Origin: a virus
Lineage: Duplodnaviria > Caudoviricetes
IMG/VR virus record: IMGVR_UViG_3300047403_000186
Coordinates: 1 to 49,089 of that record
DNA: 49,089 nt
Direction: 5' to 3' (one strand)
This document shows, piece by piece, positions 46,440 to 49,089 of the stretch; the stretch's first letter is position 1, and every line of letters starts with the position of its first letter. A program made the translations under genes and the position numbers. The notes under the pieces are model-generated. The model was not told where the DNA came from. It did no database searches and was given only the letters and a program-made list of their open reading frames with translations.

Positions 46440-47441
46440 ATGTCCCTGCTGCTGCTGATCGCACCGGCAGCCGGCGTCACCGTCGAGCGTAGCGCCGCTG
46501 CAGCGGCAACGTCCGCAACGATCGTCTCTGGTCGGCGTGACCTGCTGCGCGCATCGGCGTCTAGCGCGACATCGGCCACGGCGAGCGCGGGCCGGCGTGA
46601 CCTGCTGCGCGCATCGGCGTCTAGCGCGACATCGGCCACGGCGAGCGCGGGCCAGCGTGACCTGCTGCGCGCATCGGCGTCTAGCGCGACATCGGCCACG
46701 GCGAGCGCGGGCCAGCGTGACCTGCTGCGCTCGGCCGCAGCCAGCGCGACGTCCGCGACATCCGCGACGTCGATCCGCGTGCACATTCGCTCGGCAGCAG
46801 CAGCTGGGGCGACCGGCGCCGCCAGCGTAGGACAGCGTGATCTCGTGCGATCGTCCGCCGCGGCGGCCACCGGATCCGCGAGCGTGTCTGGTGTACTGGC
46901 CGCCGGCGCGGCTGCGTACGAGCGATCCGCCGCAGCCAGTGCCAGCTCGAGCACGGCAGCGTCTGCGCTCGTCGTGCGCCTGCGGACCGCGGCAGCCAGC
47001 GCAACGACGGCCAGCAGCGTCGCGGGCGTCCGCATCGTCAGCCGGGCCGCGGCGTCCGGAGCCACCAGCTCAGTCAGCGCCGCAGCCATACGCGTGCACC
47101 TGCGCGCGTCGACCTCGAGTGCGAGCGGGGCTGCCGCCGTCGCCGCGTACCGGCGCGACCTGGCGCGAGCTTCCGCAGCCGGCGCCGTCAGCAGCTGCGC
47201 GGCCAAACCGCAACGCGCGCTGCTGCGGTCGGCGCTGGCGAGCGGCGCCCTGGTCAGCGCCGCCGCGGGCCGCGTCGCCAAGGTCTACGAGCGATCCGTG
47301 GCAGCGAGCGGATCGGTGGCCTGCGCCGCAGCGGCGACGTCATATCGCCCGTTGCCGCGAGCTCGCCAGCATGCGTTCACCCGATCCGTCGCGCGCACGC
47401 GAGCAGCTCGATCGGTGGCTCGGGTGCGACGCGTGCGCTAG
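46440..47441 (+). CDS. Ala/Ser-rich 20-aa repeat protein (fibre stalk-like)
   Basis: RxASASSATSATASAGxRDL periodicity. Confidence 0.7.
   Translation: MSLLLLIAPAAGVTVERSAAAAATSATIVSGRRDLLRASASSATSATASAGRRDLLRASASSATSATASAGQRDLLRASASSATSATASAGQRDLLRSAAASATSATSATSIRVHIRSAAAAGATGAASVGQRDLVRSSAAAATGSASVSGVLAAGAAAYERSAAASASSSTAASALVVRLRTAAASATTASSVAGVRIVSRAAASGATSSVSAAAIRVHLRASTSSASGAAAVAAYRRDLARASAAGAVSSCAAKPQRALLRSALASGALVSAAAGRVAKVYERSVAASGSVACAAAATSYRPLPRARQHAFTRSVARTRAARSVARVRRVR
46533..46730 (+). repeat. 60-bp tandem repeat, about 3.3 near-identical copies
   Basis: Read directly; one G/A difference between units. Confidence 0.95.
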
Positions 47442-48109
47442 CCGCCGGTGAGGATGTCGGCGATCTGCTTTGCGATGCTGATCGTCTGCTTGATCATGGT
47501 GAGCTTTTGCTGCCAGTTTCGATCGTCGGCTTTCGTGATCATCGTATCGAGCGTTTCTCCGATCGCTCGTTTGACCGAAGGTTGAGCCAGCGGCGCGCCA
47601 AACGCAGGGACCAGTGAGCGCAGCTTTTCAACCATGCCGAGGAATCGCGATTGATCGGGGAACGTGCTCGGGTCCAGTCGATTCGCTGGGACGTTGACCG
47701 TCCAGCTGTTTTCCTGCGGATTCTGGCGCGCAAAGATTCCGCGCGCGAATCGTCCCGAGTCGTTGAACAGTCTGTCCGACTGGTATGGCTGCAGCGTGCC
47801 AATCCGTCCGCCGCTGTACCTGCGCACAGCCCAGCGAGAGTCGCGAGATAGTGCGCTCGCAGCATACGAGCGTTTGAGGCGCGTTGAATAAGACGCCACC
47901 TCGCCGATCGCGCGGATCCCGTCCTGGATCGCCTGCTGGAGCGCAAGCGCCGGACCCTTGCCCAGCGATATCTCGGAGAGGTTGAAGATCAAAGGATCGG
48001 CGCGGACAGAAATCGTGAATCGCGATTTCGTGCCGCGGCCGGTAGTTCGTCGGCGCTCCTCGAGCCCCAGCGGCTGGGACAACACAAACACCTCCTGCGA
48101 TACCGGCAT
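47438..48109 (-). CDS. Neck / virion morphogenesis-like protein
   Basis: STRLKR and LFNDSGRFARGI resemble the L.DTG.L..SI neck motif. Confidence 0.45.
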   Translation of the reverse strand: MPVSQEVFVLSQPLGLEERRRTTGRGTKSRFTISVRADPLIFNLSEISLGKGPALALQQAIQDGIRAIGEVASYSTRLKRSYAASALSRDSRWAVRRYSGGRIGTLQPYQSDRLFNDSGRFARGIFARQNPQENSWTVNVPANRLDPSTFPDQSRFLGMVEKLRSLVPAFGAPLAQPSVKRAIGETLDTMITKADDRNWQQKLTMIKQTISIAKQIADILTGG

Positions 48110-48148
48110 GACGCCAGGGTCGTGCGACGCCCCGCCGCGCTGCGTAGG

Positions 48149-48991
48149 TTACGCGGCCAGGTCCGGGCGGCGACGCGCGATCCGCGCAAACTTCGGCAGG
48201 CCGGCGTCGGTGAACCCGTCGTGCCGCACCTCGACCACCTCGCCGACCGTCAGCGCGCGGTTAGGCGAGCGCGAAACGATGATCGACCGCGCAGCACTAG
48301 TCCACCACAGCTGGGCGGCGCGCGAATCGAAACCCACCACGACGCAGTCGATCTCGGACGTGGGCTTGATCTTTCGCTTGCTGCCGCGCGCCCCGAGCTG
48401 GGCGTCCAGGTTGACCGCCACGAGCCCCTCGCCGCCCTCGCGCTCTACCCAGTCCGCCCAGGCGACGTCGAACCGCGCCGCAGGGAGCTGCTCGACGATC
48501 TGAACGCGCCGCCAGCCACGGGGGACGCGCGAGCAGTAGCGGCCCGTGCCGGCGTCGTGCGCGTCACCCTGGGCGTCGTCCGTCCAGGGCTGATCGCGCC
48601 CGCCGAGCTCGAGCGCAACCTGCGCCCGCATCAGCGCGTCACGCCGCACGCGGTAGGACTCGCGCGACACGTCGCGCCCGCCGACGCGGATCGCGTCGAA
48701 CGCATGCGCGATAGCGTAGCCGCGCGCCTCGACGGTGCGCCGGGCGCTCTCCGTCCACAGCTCGAGCTCGCACGCCAGCACCGAGTCGGGCGCCCACGTC
48801 ACGCCGCGATACGACGCGAGCACGCCGGGACCGAGCACCTCGCCCGCCCGCGTGATCGCGTTGGCGATCCTGCCGCGGCGGTCGGTCGTGACGGTGGCGT
48901 AGATCCCGTCGATCTTGCGCTGGACCACCCACGACTGCCCGAGCCGCCGAGCTGCCGCGAGATCGAGCCGTGCGCCTGCGCCTGCGTACAT
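48149..48991 (-). CDS. Minimal ATP-dependent DNA ligase
   Basis: QRKIDG (motif I), ACEL, AFD, EGLV, KIKP, OB fold VVEV....PKF....R.D. Confidence 0.85.
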   Translation of the reverse strand: MYAGAGARLDLAAARRLGQSWVVQRKIDGIYATVTTDRRGRIANAITRAGEVLGPGVLASYRGVTWAPDSVLACELELWTESARRTVEARGYAIAHAFDAIRVGGRDVSRESYRVRRDALMRAQVALELGGRDQPWTDDAQGDAHDAGTGRYCSRVPRGWRRVQIVEQLPAARFDVAWADWVEREGGEGLVAVNLDAQLGARGSKRKIKPTSEIDCVVVGFDSRAAQLWWTSAARSIIVSRSPNRALTVGEVVEVRHDGFTDAGLPKFARIARRRPDLAA

Positions 48992-48997
48992 GCCCCG

Positions 48998-49026
48998 AGC
49001 GTCGCGCGGCGCGGAGCGGGGCGCAA
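48998..49026 (-). promoter_or_regulatory. Sigma70-like leaderless promoter for the ligase
   Basis: TTGCGC-N17-GACGCT-N6-ATG. Confidence 0.4.
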
Positions 49027-49089
49027 GACCGGATCACGCCACCGTTTGCGGCGTGTAACCGACGAAAACTTTTAGGGAAAACACAAAAT

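Noticed and set aside
46533-46730. Possible CRISPR array
   Set aside because: Contiguous in-frame coding repeats with no unique spacers.

Overview
The window looks like an essentially complete, GC-rich temperate tailed phage (siphovirus-like) genome of about 49 kb, probably circularly permuted. Spanins imply a diderm host, and one regulator resembles a family I recall from Myxococcota. Layout: a leftward replication operon (Cro-like HTH, HNH, CoiA-like, initiator with internal iteron-like repeats, DnaB, nuclease, Dam-like MTase, Zn/sigma4-like regulator, probably continuing across the window ends to an ATP-dependent ligase). A rightward early operon follows (CI-like, SSB, RecT-like, Cas4-like exonuclease, MTase, xis, tyrosine integrase, attP-like region, two small RHH cassettes). 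A long leftward late operon carries terS, terL, portal, two glycosyltransferases, scaffold, capsid, neck, tail tube, frameshifted chaperone, tape measure, tail proteins, lipoproteins, holin, spanins, phosphoesterase and amidase. A divergent four-gene fibre-like module sits upstream of terS. Best non-obvious signals: (1) a transposase-less IS1595/ISSod11-type cassette carrying only a DNA methyltransferase, with 24-bp terminal IRs and an 8-bp target duplication; (2) a repeated late-promoter motif TAAyaCTCTC-N19/20-nAnnnT at a fixed distance from start codons, implying activator-driven leaderless late transcripts; (3) an integrase that begins with ATT in frame directly behind the xis TAG; (4) glycosyltransferases inside the head module. 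All calls come from motif recognition by eye. No database searches were run, and many start codons were re-chosen from stop/start overlaps.
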